Assembly (NCBI GenBank): GCA_963695875.1
Contig: CAVOID010000003.1
Location: forward strand, 288,001-352,000
Direction: 5' to 3'
DNA length: 64,000 nucleotides
DNA from: an uncultured delta proteobacterium
Lineage (GTDB): Bacteria > Desulfobacterota > Syntrophia > Syntrophales > UBA2185
Shown: piece by piece, positions 1 to 10,224 of the stretch
How the letters are laid out: each line of letters begins with the position of its first letter
How positions within the stretch are numbered: position 1 is the stretch's first letter
Notes under the pieces: generated by a model
What the model was told of the DNA's origin: nothing
What the model saw: only the letters and a program-made list of their open reading frames with translations
Databases searched by the model: none
Made by a program: the position numbers and the translations under genes

Positions 1-1584
1 CATGCGCGCATAGCCGTCAATGGCACGCAGGGGGGCACGCAGGTCGTGGGAGACTGAATAGCTGAAACTCTCCAGTTCCTTGTTGGCGGCTTCAAGCTGG
101 GCTGTACGTTCTGCAAGGGTCTGTTCTGCCTGCTTTCGCTTGGAAATATCACGCACAAACACAATAGACCACCTTTTAGTGGCAAGAAAGGTAACGCTGA
201 TCTCGACATCAAAGATCTGACCGTCCTTCGTGAGATGCCTGCTTTCGAAGCGATCAGACCCGCTCCCGATGATCCTCTGCATATGGCGTTCCGTTTCATC
301 CGTTTTTTCGGCGGCTTCAAGGTCGGGGATAGATAGCCTCAGCAATTCCTCGCTGGTATATCCGCTCATTCGGCAATAGGCCTCGTTAACGTCTAATAGT
401 CGGCCTCTGTCATCCACAAGCCAGAATCCATCCGGGGTGGTGTTTAATATAGTCGAGTACTGGTCGGCATGAGCGCGAAGCGCCTTCTCTGCTCGCTCGC
501 GTTCCGCCTCCTTTCGCTCTAATTCCCCGGCCATGTCATCAAATGCCTTTGTCACCAGGCCGAGTTCATCTTCGCTGTAACTTAATCCGGTACGGACTTT
601 GAGATCGCCGCGTGCCAGGCGTTTTGTGGCATCCGCCAGTTTGTTTAGTCTTTGCAATATTATAACGTTGCCTAGGAACCAGGCTAAAACTATAGCAATG
701 ATGAAAGCAAAACATAGAAGTGCCATGCTTATCAAAATTGTATTTCTGGCATGAGAAAGCGCCTGCTCCTCGGGGATGCCGACGCGCATGAAAAGGTATG
801 GTAATGCACTATCTTTCAGGTAAAATCTCTTATATGCATAGAGGCGCTTAGTTCCATCGACCCCCACATCAGTGAAAACCCCTTCTTCAGGTTGAGCCGA
901 CATATGCTCGATCATTTCAGGCCGATCAAGCTCTCCTATGTACTTTTCCGGCTCTTCAGAGCGGTACAAACGTATATTTTTGTGATCAAATATTCCAATT
1001 ACGGATCCTTCAGGCAAATTTGTCTTTGTAAACATCTTACCGTAGTGCGCTAGATTAAAGGCAATTACAACAACACCCCTGAACTGTCCTCCGGAGCCTG
1101 TAATAGGGTAAGCAAAATGAAGTACCGGCTGCTTAATTATAGTTCCTATGACTTGTTCTCCCACGGAAAAATCCATCGTCCTCAGTATGTCCTGAAAAAA
1201 CTTTCTGTTTTTCACGTTATATGGGGTAAAAGGCATAGAACTGGAGAATATGGTTCCTTCAGCATTTGCTGCGAATATGTTTCCATAAACCGGATTTTCC
1301 TTAATGAATGAACCGAAGAGCTTATCACAAGCTGAGGCATTCTGATTCTGTACGGCGGGTGCTTTAGCAAGGGTGATGAGTAGTTTCCGGGTGCTTTCAA
1401 CTGTATGTTCATGGTCGATTGCCAGACTTTGCACCACCCTTATGGCGCTGTCCTTAGCATCCTCTATATCGTGATACTGACGCTCTAATCCTGAATAGAT
1501 GACAATTGCCAGTGCGGGGAAAACTGATATGATTACCAGTAGTAGCAGTTGACTTCTGATTGATCTGAAAAATGAAAATCTCAC
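1..1584 (-). CDS. Membrane sensor histidine kinase (TM-dCache-like-TM-HAMP-PAS-HisKA), truncated by window edge
   Basis: Hand translation from GTG at 1584 ([32 protein letters not shown]), PAS segment [27 protein letters not shown]-box [26 protein letters not shown] at the edge. Absent from the ORF track because there is no stop in the window. Confidence 0.9.
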   Translation of the reverse strand, partial: MRFSFFRSIRSQLLLLVIISVFPALAIVIYSGLERQYHDIEDAKDSAIRVVQSLAIDHEHTVESTRKLLITLAKAPAVQNQNASACDKLFGSFIKENPVYGNIFAANAEGTIFSSSMPFTPYNVKNRKFFQDILRTMDFSVGEQVIGTIIKQPVLHFAYPITGSGGQFRGVVVIAFNLAHYGKMFTKTNLPEGSVIGIFDHKNIRLYRSEEPEKYIGELDRPEMIEHMSAQPEEGVFTDVGVDGTKRLYAYKRFYLKDSALPYLFMRVGIPEEQALSHARNTILISMALLCFAFIIAIVLAWFLGNVIILQRLNKLADATKRLARGDLKVRTGLSYSEDELGLVTKAFDDMAGELERKEAERERAEKALRAHADQYSTILNTTPDGFWLVDDRGRLLDVNEAYCRMSGYTSEELLRLSIPDLEAAEKTDETERHMQRIIGSGSDRFESRHLTKDGQIFDVEISVTFLATKRWSIVFVRDISKRKQAEQTLAERTAQLEAANKELESFSYSVSHDLRAPLRAIDGYARM

Positions 1585-1913
1585 GCTGCCTCTTTGATAA
1601 GAAAGGGACATATTCTTAGTACATATACTACATTTTGAGGTTGAATTGCATATTGTTTATTGCCAGTAGAAATTCCCCTTCTTAGATCAGTTCATCCATT
1701 CCCTGATGGATTACTAAGGTATTTGGAGCGAACAATTAGGTCTCTCTCCGATGTTCTGCGGATATGCGCTTTGATACAAATATGTACGTAAAATGAAAAC
1801 TAGTCCTTTACTGAAGATTTACGTAATGTTATGTTACAAAAGCAAAGTGGCTACAGATAATGAAAAAGTTTTATATTTTTTTAATCAAACAAAATAATAC
1901 AGGAGGTGGTAAA

Positions 1914-3074
1914 ATGGTAAGAAAGATTAGAGGCTTAGGGTATTTGCTGGTGTTCTCGCTTTTGGCTTCTATGATTTTGATGGGGTGCGCCACTCAGAAG
2001 GCCAGCCCTTTCGTCAAGGCTGGAGACCTCAGCATGAAGCTGAAATCGGGGAAGTATGTTCAGAATGCGAATAATTTCGATATTATTTTCGACAAGACCG
2101 GATCGATGGGGAGTGACTATGGCGGGGTGCAGAAGCTTGTCATTGAAAAGTCCCTCGTCAGTAAATTCAACAGTTACATTCCCGATTTGAGCCTCAACGG
2201 GGGCCTGCGGACTTTTGGCCAGAACTATACAGATTTTGATGTCACAAAATTAGAGTATGGGATTGTAAAGTACGACCCGGAGAGCCTTGACGGGGTTATA
2301 CAGAAATTGAGAACTCCGTTCGGGGAGAGCCCGCTCGAAGCGGCAATCCTGGCGGCAGGCAATGACCTGAAAGGTCTGCAGGGCAAAAGTGCGCTTGTAA
2401 TATTCACAGATGCAGTAGATATGGGCGACGCGCCGGTGAAGGCAGCAACGAGTGTAAAGAACCAGTATGGCGATAATCTATGCATCTACACCGTCCAGAT
2501 AGGAAATGACGTACAGGGAGGCAAAATCCTCGACCAGATCGTAAAGGCCGGAGAATGCGGAGTCTCTGTAAAGGGTGACGACCTTGCAAACGACTCAGCA
2601 ATGAGCGATTTTGTGGAAAGAATATTCCTGTCCACCAAGACAGCCAAGGCACTGCCGCCACCGCCGCCGCCAGTACAGGAGATGAAAAAAGCGCCTGAGG
2701 TTGAGCAGAAGATACTTGAGAAAGGTCGAGCCACACTGGATGTCGAGTTCGACACGGGGAAAAGTGTTGTAAAGCCCAGGTACTATAACGACATACGGAA
2801 CGTTGCCGAAGTGATGAAGAAATATCCGGATCTGAAGATTGTTATTGAAGGGCATACAGACAATGTTGGGGGAGAGAAATACAATCTTAATCTTTCCCAG
2901 AAGCGTGCGGAAGCGATAAAAGATGTCATGGTAACCAAATTCAATATCGAAGCCTCCCGGCTAACGACAAAGGGTTTTGGTTATTCCAAACCTATTGCGA
3001 GCAATTCGACCAAGGAAGGAAGACAGAAAAACCGGAGGGTTGAAGCGGCTGTAGAATATACCGTGGAGAAATAA
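1914..3074 (+). CDS. Lipoprotein with vWA domain and C-terminal OmpA-like peptidoglycan-binding domain
   Basis: AGGAGG RBS before ATG 1914; lipobox LMGC; MIDAS-like DKTGS...FTDA; poly-Pro linker; OmpA motifs IEGHTD, NLNLSQKRA, GRQKNRRVE. Confidence 0.88.
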   Translation: MVRKIRGLGYLLVFSLLASMILMGCATQKASPFVKAGDLSMKLKSGKYVQNANNFDIIFDKTGSMGSDYGGVQKLVIEKSLVSKFNSYIPDLSLNGGLRTFGQNYTDFDVTKLEYGIVKYDPESLDGVIQKLRTPFGESPLEAAILAAGNDLKGLQGKSALVIFTDAVDMGDAPVKAATSVKNQYGDNLCIYTVQIGNDVQGGKILDQIVKAGECGVSVKGDDLANDSAMSDFVERIFLSTKTAKALPPPPPPVQEMKKAPEVEQKILEKGRATLDVEFDTGKSVVKPRYYNDIRNVAEVMKKYPDLKIVIEGHTDNVGGEKYNLNLSQKRAEAIKDVMVTKFNIEASRLTTKGFGYSKPIASNSTKEGRQKNRRVEAAVEYTVEK

Positions 3075-3100
3075 TGCTTCTTCTCTGATCCTCATAATAT

Positions 3101-3144
3101 AGAAGGCCTCTCAATAGCTGCAGAACCCGACCGAGAGGCCTTCT
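3101..3144 (+). terminator. Stem-loop after OmpA gene
   Basis: AGAAGGCCTCTC...GAGAGGCCTTCT inverted repeat. Confidence 0.5.
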
Positions 3145-3217
3145 CTTCTAAAGAAATTTTTTCTTCACAAAGGCCAGGGGTGATGATTTTACCTAACGGC
3201 CTGGGAAGGAGAATCAT

Positions 3218-3670
3218 ATGTTTAAGGAATTCAAAGAATTTGCGATGCGTGGCAGTGTAGTCGATATGGCTGTCGGCATTATCATCGGTGCTGCTTTCGG
3301 AACCATAGTAAAATCTCTGGTTGATGATATTATCATGCCGCCTATAGGACTTCTCCTGGGTAATGTTGATTTCTCTAATCTCTTCATGGTCATAAAATCG
3401 GGGAAATTAGCAGGCCCCTATACTACTCTTGCCGATGCAAAGGTTGCCGGCGCAGTTACCATGAATGTTGGTCTGTTCTTCAATACGGTCATAAGCTTTC
3501 TCATTATCGCATTTGCTGTGTTTCTTATCATCAAGCAGATCAATGCATTGAAAAGAAAAGAGGTAGCTGAACCGGCTATACCTACCACAAAGGAATGTGC
3601 CTATTGTTTATCGGTCATTCCTATAAAAGCATCTCGCTGTCCCCATTGTACATCTGAATTGAAGGCTTAA
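3218..3670 (+). CDS. mscL: Large-conductance mechanosensitive channel with C-terminal Cys4 zinc ribbon
   Basis: [30 protein letters not shown] signature; tail CAYC-x10-CPHC. Confidence 0.95.
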   Translation: MFKEFKEFAMRGSVVDMAVGIIIGAAFGTIVKSLVDDIIMPPIGLLLGNVDFSNLFMVIKSGKLAGPYTTLADAKVAGAVTMNVGLFFNTVISFLIIAFAVFLIIKQINALKRKEVAEPAIPTTKECAYCLSVIPIKASRCPHCTSELKA

Positions 3671-3741
3671 ATAAACGGCAGAGTGAGCAGCGCTGAGATA
3701 TAGAAAAGGCAGAAAAATATATTAAATCTAATTGTAAAAAC

Positions 3742-3782
3742 AAAAGGCAGAGTCAATAATAGCTCTGCCCCTTTTATTTTTT
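3742..3782. terminator. Bidirectional intrinsic terminator between convergent genes
   Basis: AAAAGGCAGAG...CTCTGCCCCTTTT flanked by A/T tracts. Confidence 0.6.
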
Positions 3783-3811
3783 GCAACAAACTTAATATAA
3801 AATACAATGTA

Positions 3812-4726
3812 CTAGTCTGAGACTAATGCATGTACAAAACAGAAAAGGGCCAACAGTTTCCCAGCAGAAGAACCGTCATTGAGGGAAAGATACTTTCTTT
3901 CTATTTCATTTTGCGCAAGATGCTCTATGATCTTATAGCCGCGTTCTAATAAAAATGATCCTATATTTCCTTTCTGTATTCCAAAGTGGGTTGGCTCGCC
4001 AGGATAATTTGATTTCATCATCTCCCTTACCTTCTTCACGCGATGATCGTTCTGCAGCTCAGGCGACAAAGAAGCGTAATCAAAGCAAATGGAGCTGCCG
4101 ACAGGTGAATTCATTTTTATGGTGCTCAGGGTATCATCGATAACCTTGGCCGATAGGTAATATGTAACTCCTTCCCAAACAAAAAGTACCTGTCGGTTTT
4201 TTATGAACCCTGCCTTAGCCAGGACGTCTCCAATGTTGTCCGTATTGAAGTTGATGGAAACAAAAACGAGTTGCTTCGGCATGGGAACCTTTGCTTGATA
4301 GAGTAATTCCTTTTTGCGCTGCTGCGTCGGTTGACTATCTAACTCGAAGATCCGCGTGTCCCTGATAAGGTCTTTGAAACGATAAGGACGGCTGTCATAG
4401 CCTGCGCCCATGAATACGATCTGAGGAATGTTTTCCCGCAAAGCTTGTTCTACAATATCGTCAAAAAAAGCCGTTCGCGCAATTAGGAATTCATACATCC
4501 CAGGGATGATCCTTTTTTTAATTACCGATTCCCTGATGGCGGGATCTCTCAACGCGTTTTTGCGATCTTCGGTAAGGAATATTTCTGCGAGGTAGTCAGG
4601 TCCTCTAATCTCTATTCTCTCATCAAGCGCCGCAAGGGCGCGCAACGTGGCTGCTCCCATCGCTGTTTCCGATGGTTTATGTTCAACGGACATCTTGCTC
4701 GTATCTAATTCCTGCTGCTCGGACAT
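3812..4726 (-). CDS. SAM-dependent methyltransferase, LCM (leucine carboxyl methyltransferase)-like family
   Basis: SETAMGAATLRA, ARTAFFDD, QIVFMGAGYDSR, FELD, WEGVTYYL motifs. Confidence 0.88.
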   Translation of the reverse strand: MSEQQELDTSKMSVEHKPSETAMGAATLRALAALDERIEIRGPDYLAEIFLTEDRKNALRDPAIRESVIKKRIIPGMYEFLIARTAFFDDIVEQALRENIPQIVFMGAGYDSRPYRFKDLIRDTRIFELDSQPTQQRKKELLYQAKVPMPKQLVFVSINFNTDNIGDVLAKAGFIKNRQVLFVWEGVTYYLSAKVIDDTLSTIKMNSPVGSSICFDYASLSPELQNDHRVKKVREMMKSNYPGEPTHFGIQKGNIGSFLLERGYKIIEHLAQNEIERKYLSLNDGSSAGKLLALFCFVHALVSD

Positions 4727-4801
4727 TACTATTCCTGTTGTGCTACATTCGGCACTGAAATTCCTTATAGTTAAGTATACTGCCCCTGGAATTTCATATT
4801 C

Positions 4802-5341
4802 TCAATCTAATTTTTCCAGGTCGGCTTCGGCATTCAGGATAAGGTTGATATGCTTCCCCACAGTGAATCCCCCGGGGAATTCATAGTTCCACGTCATCCC
4901 GAAAGCTTCCCGTTGAAGGTAAGTTGTAGCGGCAAATCCCATAGTAGTATAAGAACCGGTTTCATCTGTGAAATAGGTTGGGCCGAAGTATTCAGCATGA
5001 AGGAGAACCGGCCTTGTGACACCGTGAAGTGTGAGGTCACCATGAACCTTGAAGCGGTTGCTTCCGGCCACTTCGCTTTTAGTACTCTTAAAAAGAATAT
5101 GCGGATATCTTTCCACATCGAAAAAATCGGGACTCCGGAGATGATTGTCTCTGGGTTCTACGCCGGTGAAAATGCTGGCTGCCTCTATCTTGATTTCCAT
5201 GGATGTACTGGCTATATCCGACGCGTCAAAGTTGATAAAACCGGAGATATTGTTGAACTGACCGTGAACATCGTTGATCATCATGTGGCGTACAATGAAG
5301 TGAGCCACTGTATGATCTTCATCAATAGTCCATTTTGCCAT
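4802..5341 (-). CDS. YceI-family lipid/polyisoprenoid-binding protein
   Basis: WTIDEDHT..FIVRHMMI..VHGQF, RDNHLRSPDFFDVERYP, GDLTLHGVTRPV. Confidence 0.92.
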   Translation of the reverse strand: MAKWTIDEDHTVAHFIVRHMMINDVHGQFNNISGFINFDASDIASTSMEIKIEAASIFTGVEPRDNHLRSPDFFDVERYPHILFKSTKSEVAGSNRFKVHGDLTLHGVTRPVLLHAEYFGPTYFTDETGSYTTMGFAATTYLQREAFGMTWNYEFPGGFTVGKHINLILNAEADLEKLD

Positions 5342-5594
5342 AGGTAAACTCCATTATAATAATTGACAAAAGTAAACGGCCTTCAAAATCAAGGCCATCA
5401 AGTGTGAAGTATATATTGTAATATACATCTTTTCTAAAATGTTTGGAAGTGAGGACTTCAGTCTATGATAGATGACTTTCTTATAAAGTTTTCAAAATTA
5501 GGTTTTCATGAAAATTAAAGAATGCATATGATCTCGATGGAGTTTACATCCGCGACTGTGGGGGCCAGGCCGACGGTTGGATTCTCGTGTCCGA

Positions 5595-5765
5595 GACTGT
5601 GTCGCAATGTCATTAATGATGGAGTGAAACGGCCGAAGCCCTGTCCTGATCAGAGCGAGGGAACTCTTGAGATTGCTACGGGCTGCGCTCTCGCAACGAC
5701 TTCTTCGGATTGCCACGCTCCCTATATTTATACCCGCAATGACAAATAGAGGTTATGACGCAGCC
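5595..5765. repeat. Degenerate MITE-like element with REP-like internal palindromes
   Basis: Imperfect terminal IRs GACTGTGTCGCAAT (5595) and GTTATGACGCAGCC (5752-5765); internal GATTGC...CGCAAYGAC units twice. Confidence 0.45.
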
Positions 5766-5828
5766 ACTGCGGAGGAATGACAGGGGAGGTGGAAATAACA
5801 AGGAAAAAATGGAATGACCGGGTGCATT

Positions 5829-5868
5829 TTTAACAAAATCTTCATCGTTCTTTAACATATTTGTAACA
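5829..5868 (+). promoter_or_regulatory. Pho-box-like array of 11-bp-phased direct repeats upstream of pstS
   Basis: TTTAACA (5829), CTTCATC (5840), TTTAACA (5851), TGTAACA (5862), exact 11-bp spacing. Confidence 0.65.
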
Positions 5869-5943
5869 TTTAATATGTAACTTAAAAGAAGAAATAATGG
5901 ATCTTTATATTCATAAGAAAATAAAATCATAGTGGAGGGAAAA

Positions 5944-6795
5944 ATGGTGAAAAAATTATTGTTGGCAAGTATGATATGTTTAGTTCTTAGTATTAACATT
6001 GCGGTTGCCGCGGAAAATGTTGTCATTAAGGGATCGACAACGGTTTTGCCTATCGCGCAGGCGGCATTAGAGGCCTATATGAAAGCGCATCCCGGAGTAA
6101 ATATCTCTCTTTCCGGCGGCGGCTCAGGGGAGGGGATCAAGGCCCTGATTGATAAATCTGCGGATATCGCAACGTCTTCGCGGGAAATAAAAGATAAAGA
6201 AGTAGAACTGGCAAAAAGTAGAGGTATTAATCCTGTGGCATATACAGTTGCCATTGATGCACTTACGCCCATTGTCCATCCGAAGAATAAGGTAAATGGA
6301 TTGACTATTGACCAGTTGAGTCAGATCTATCAGGGCAAGATTAAAAACTGGAAGGAAGTCGGTGGGGATGATCTGCAGATCGTTGTTGTTTCGAGGGACA
6401 GCAGCTCCGGTACCTTTGAAACCTGGGGGCATCTGGTTCTTAACAACGCAAAGGTAACTCCAAGAGCCCAATTGCAGGCTTCGAGCGGTGCTGTCGTTCA
6501 GGCCGTCTCAAAAAACAGGTATGCCATCAGCTACGTCGGTATCGGATACCTTAACAAATCAGTCAAGGCATTGACCGTCAATGGTGTTCCGGCTTCGGCA
6601 AAAACAGCACTTTCCAAGGAGTACCCCATAGCGAGGTCTTTATACATGTATACCAACGGACAGCCCGAAGGTGTTGTTGCCGATTTCATCAAATTTGTGT
6701 TGAGTCCCGCAGGTCAGAAGCTTGTAGCCAAAGAGGGATTTATACCTCTAACGGCTGAGGCCAAAGAAAAACCATCAAAAAAGGGTAAAAAATAA
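5944..6795 (+). CDS. pstS: Phosphate ABC transporter substrate-binding protein
   Basis: Signal peptide; IKGSTTV, GGGSGEG, SRDSSSGT, YPIARSLYMY. Confidence 0.95.
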   Translation: MVKKLLLASMICLVLSINIAVAAENVVIKGSTTVLPIAQAALEAYMKAHPGVNISLSGGGSGEGIKALIDKSADIATSSREIKDKEVELAKSRGINPVAYTVAIDALTPIVHPKNKVNGLTIDQLSQIYQGKIKNWKEVGGDDLQIVVVSRDSSSGTFETWGHLVLNNAKVTPRAQLQASSGAVVQAVSKNRYAISYVGIGYLNKSVKALTVNGVPASAKTALSKEYPIARSLYMYTNGQPEGVVADFIKFVLSPAGQKLVAKEGFIPLTAEAKEKPSKKGKK

Positions 6796-6803
6796 AAAAT
6801 CCT

Positions 6804-7691
6804 ATGTCCAGACATCTGAAGGAAACCATCATCAAGGGTATCTTCGCTGTTTTTGCCTTTGCATCAGTGCTTATTCTGGCGCTTATCGTTGTTTTCCTTT
6901 TCCGTGAAGGGATCCCCATATTCAAGGAAGTATCCGCTATGGATTTCATTTTCGGAAAGGAGTGGTACCCTACATATGATCCTCCCTCTTATGGGATATG
7001 GCCCTTGATCATAGGTTCCGTGATCGTCACTATATTTTCCTGTCTGCTTGCCGTTCCTCTGGGGGTTCTTTCTGCCGTGTATATTTCTGAGATTGCCCCC
7101 GCTTCCATCAAAGATGTTGTAAAGTCGATTATTGAGCTACTGGCGGGGCTTCCTTCAGTAGTACTCGGCTTCTTCGGCATGGTTGTTGTGGCCCCCTTTC
7201 TTCAGGAGACCTTTGATCTGCCGACCGGTCTTAACATTGTCAATGCTTCCGTCATCCTGGCGATCATGGCCATACCCACGATTTCAAGTATTTCTGAGGA
7301 TGCCCTTTATGCCGTACCCCGGGAGTTCAAAGAGGCATCATATGCCCTCGGTGCGACGAAGTATGAAACCATTGCCAAGGTTATTGTGCCGGCTGCCTTG
7401 TCAGGAATTTCCACGGCGGTGATCCTCGGTATGGCAAGGGCCATCGGTGAAACCATGGTTGGACTGATGGTGGCCGGGGGTGCGGCGGCCATACCGGAAA
7501 GTATCTTCGATTCAGTCAGGCCGATGCCGGCGAGCATTGCCGCGGAGATGGGGGAAACCCCGTTTGGAAGCGGGCATTACCACGCCCTTTTTGCCACCGG
7601 TATTGTTCTGTTCTTTATGACCCTGATTTTTAATATCATTGCCGATTATATCTCCCAAAAATTCAAGGAAACGGGATCAGCGACTTTGTAA
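6804..7691 (+). CDS. pstC: Phosphate ABC transporter permease
   Basis: ELLAGLPSVVLG, EASYALGAT, ARAIGETM. Confidence 0.95.
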   Translation: MSRHLKETIIKGIFAVFAFASVLILALIVVFLFREGIPIFKEVSAMDFIFGKEWYPTYDPPSYGIWPLIIGSVIVTIFSCLLAVPLGVLSAVYISEIAPASIKDVVKSIIELLAGLPSVVLGFFGMVVVAPFLQETFDLPTGLNIVNASVILAIMAIPTISSISEDALYAVPREFKEASYALGATKYETIAKVIVPAALSGISTAVILGMARAIGETMVGLMVAGGAAAIPESIFDSVRPMPASIAAEMGETPFGSGHYHALFATGIVLFFMTLIFNIIADYISQKFKETGSATL

Positions 7692-7699
7692 GGTATAAT

Positions 7700-8600
7700 A
7701 TGAATACAAAGGCAATTACGGAATCACATTTTCAAAGGACGTCCATGAAGTGGCGGTATTTCCGGCAGCATATGTTTTTTGCCGTCGTCCGAATGTCGGC
7801 ACTGCTGATTGCTATGGCCCTTGGCGGTATTCTCATTTATGTCTTTGTGAATGGCATATCTGTCATTAGCTGGGACTTTCATCACTCTCCCGCCGACGGA
7901 TTCCATGACCAAAGGCGGGATCATGCCTGCCATTCTGGGTACCCTTTATCTGACAATAGGCGCAATTGCCGTGGCGCTACCTCTTGGCGTGGTGTCCGCA
8001 ATCTATCTTACGGAATATGCAAAACAGGGGAAATTCATCAGACTGATCCGCACCGGCATTAATTGCCTGGCCGGAGTACCTTCCGTGGTCTTTGGATTGT
8101 TCGGACTTGGGTTCTTCGTTGTTTATCTTCATTTCGGATCATGCATTCTCTCCGGCGCTCTGACACTCGCGGCCCTTATTTTGCCCACGATTATCGGTGC
8201 GTCTGAAGAGGCCTTGAAAGCGGTTCCGCAAATGTTTAGGGAGGCGTCGCTCGCCCTCGGCGTATCCAAATGGCAGACCATTTATAAGATTATCCTGCCG
8301 ACTGCATTGCCTGGAATACTTACGGGATCAATCCTCGGCATCGGCAGGGCAGCGGGTGAAACGGCGCCGATCATGTTTACGGCGGCGGCATTTTTCACGG
8401 CGAAGCTCCCCGGCTCCATTTTTGATGAAGTCATGGCTCTTCCCTACCATATCTATGTTCTTGCTACAGCAGGCACCCACATAGAACAGACGAGGCCGAT
8501 TCAATATGGGACGGTGCTGGTGCTTGTCGGACTTGTGCTGGGAGTTGATCTTATTGCCATTGTCATCAGGGGTTATATGAGGAAGAAAAAAAGGTGGTAA
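7700..8600 (+). CDS. pstA: Phosphate ABC transporter permease (frameshift near 7880, probable sequencing error)
   Basis: ORFs 7700 and 7851 join; [32 protein letters not shown]. Confidence 0.92.
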
Positions 8601-9364
8601 TTGTGGACGGTAACAGTATAATCGAATTAAAGAATGTAAATTTCTTCTATAATCATCTCAAGGCGCTAACCGATATAATCATGGATTTTGAAAAGAACCG
8701 GGTTACCGCCCTGATTGGACCTTCCGGTTGCGGCAAATCCACGCTGCTCAGGGTACTCAATCGCATGAATGACCTGATTGATGGAACCAGGGTCGAGGGG
8801 GAAGTCCTTTTTGAAGGCAAAAATATTTATGATCATGATGTTGACCCGGTCGATGTCAGGAGACGGATCGGCATGGTTTTTCAGAAGCCGAATCCTTTCC
8901 CGAAGTCAATATTCAACAACGTCACCTATGCGCCAAAGCTTGCAGGGATGACTAAGAAGAGTGATTTGGAATTCCTTGTTGAAGAAAGCCTGAAACAGGC
9001 AGCCCTGTGGGATGAGGTGAAGGATATCCTGGATAAATCGGCGATGACCCTCTCCGGGGGGCAGCAGCAGCGCCTGTGCATTGCCAGGGCGCTCGCTATG
9101 AAACCGGATGTCATCCTCATGGATGAGCCGACATCGGCGCTTGATCCCATATCGACGGCAAAAATTGAAGATTTGATCGATGAGTTGAAAAGAAATTATA
9201 CCATTATTATTGTTACGCATAACATGCAGCAGGCAGCGCGGATCTCATCGAAAACAGGGTTTTTCTATTTAGGTAAACTAATAGAATATAAGGCCACGGA
9301 AAAGATTTTTACCAATCCGGATGTGAAACAGACAGAAGATTATATAACCGGAAGGTTCGGATGA
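8594..9364 (+). CDS. pstB: Phosphate ABC transporter ATPase
   Basis: [41 protein letters not shown]. Confidence 0.97.
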   Translation: MVIVDGNSIIELKNVNFFYNHLKALTDIIMDFEKNRVTALIGPSGCGKSTLLRVLNRMNDLIDGTRVEGEVLFEGKNIYDHDVDPVDVRRRIGMVFQKPNPFPKSIFNNVTYAPKLAGMTKKSDLEFLVEESLKQAALWDEVKDILDKSAMTLSGGQQQRLCIARALAMKPDVILMDEPTSALDPISTAKIEDLIDELKRNYTIIIVTHNMQQAARISSKTGFFYLGKLIEYKATEKIFTNPDVKQTEDYITGRFG

Positions 9365-9530
9365 TCACATTTGGTATCCTGTTAAATACAGCCCGGCGGA
9401 TGTCAGAGCGAATCTTGTCATCACGCGAAGGGCAGGCTCCGGGAGAAATCCTTGTCTTGACCGAAGGCGGAGAGCTTCACATTAAACAAATATTTTAATT
9501 TATCGCTTTGTATATTAGGGAGATAACACA

Positions 9531-10220
9531 ATGGCGGAAAAAAGGCATACCAGTACCCACTATGAACAGGAACTGCGGGACGTCAAGGAAGGTCTTCTTT
9601 ATCTGGGAGCACTCGTAGAAAAGGCGATTGAGCTGGCGATAAAGGCCCTTATGGATAGAGATACAGAGCTCGCCCACAGAGTAATTTGTGATGATAATGC
9701 CATCGATCAGCTTGATGTTGAGATTGAAGAAAAGTGTATTCGCATTCTGGCTTTGAGGCAGCCGACTGCACGTGACCTGAGGTTCATCACGACGGCCATT
9801 AAAATCAACGGCCATCTGGAGAGGATCGGCGATATGGCGGCTAATATTGCCGAGAAGGCGATTATTTTAAGTGAAGAACCGCCTATGAAACCTTATATCG
9901 ATATCCCCAGGATGTCAGAAATTGCCCGGCGGATGATCAAGGAAAGCCTCGATGCTCTGGTGAATGAAAATACAGACTTAGCGCAGAAAGTCAGAATGGA
10001 GGATGAAACCATCGATAGCCTCAATGAGCAGGTGTTCAGGGAACTCCTCACATTCATGCTGGAAGATCCAAAGAAAATACACAGAGCTCTCATTATTATG
10101 CAGATTTCCAAGAGTCTCGAGCGGATTTCGGATCATGCGGTGGGCATTGCGGACATGGTCGTGTATATGGTCACAGGGAAGATCGTCCGGCACGAGCCAA
10201 CCTGTAAGATTCAGGAGTGA
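9531..10220 (+). CDS. phoU: Phosphate signalling protein PhoU
   Basis: QPTARDLR, LERIGD, LERISDHA. Confidence 0.96.
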   Translation: MAEKRHTSTHYEQELRDVKEGLLYLGALVEKAIELAIKALMDRDTELAHRVICDDNAIDQLDVEIEEKCIRILALRQPTARDLRFITTAIKINGHLERIGDMAANIAEKAIILSEEPPMKPYIDIPRMSEIARRMIKESLDALVNENTDLAQKVRMEDETIDSLNEQVFRELLTFMLEDPKKIHRALIIMQISKSLERISDHAVGIADMVVYMVTGKIVRHEPTCKIQE

Positions 10221-10224
10221 TGGA

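Noticed and set aside
10003..10224. N-terminal extension of PhoR in the ORF track
   Set aside because: Overlaps phoU out of frame; the TM-containing protein plausibly starts at TTG 10225.
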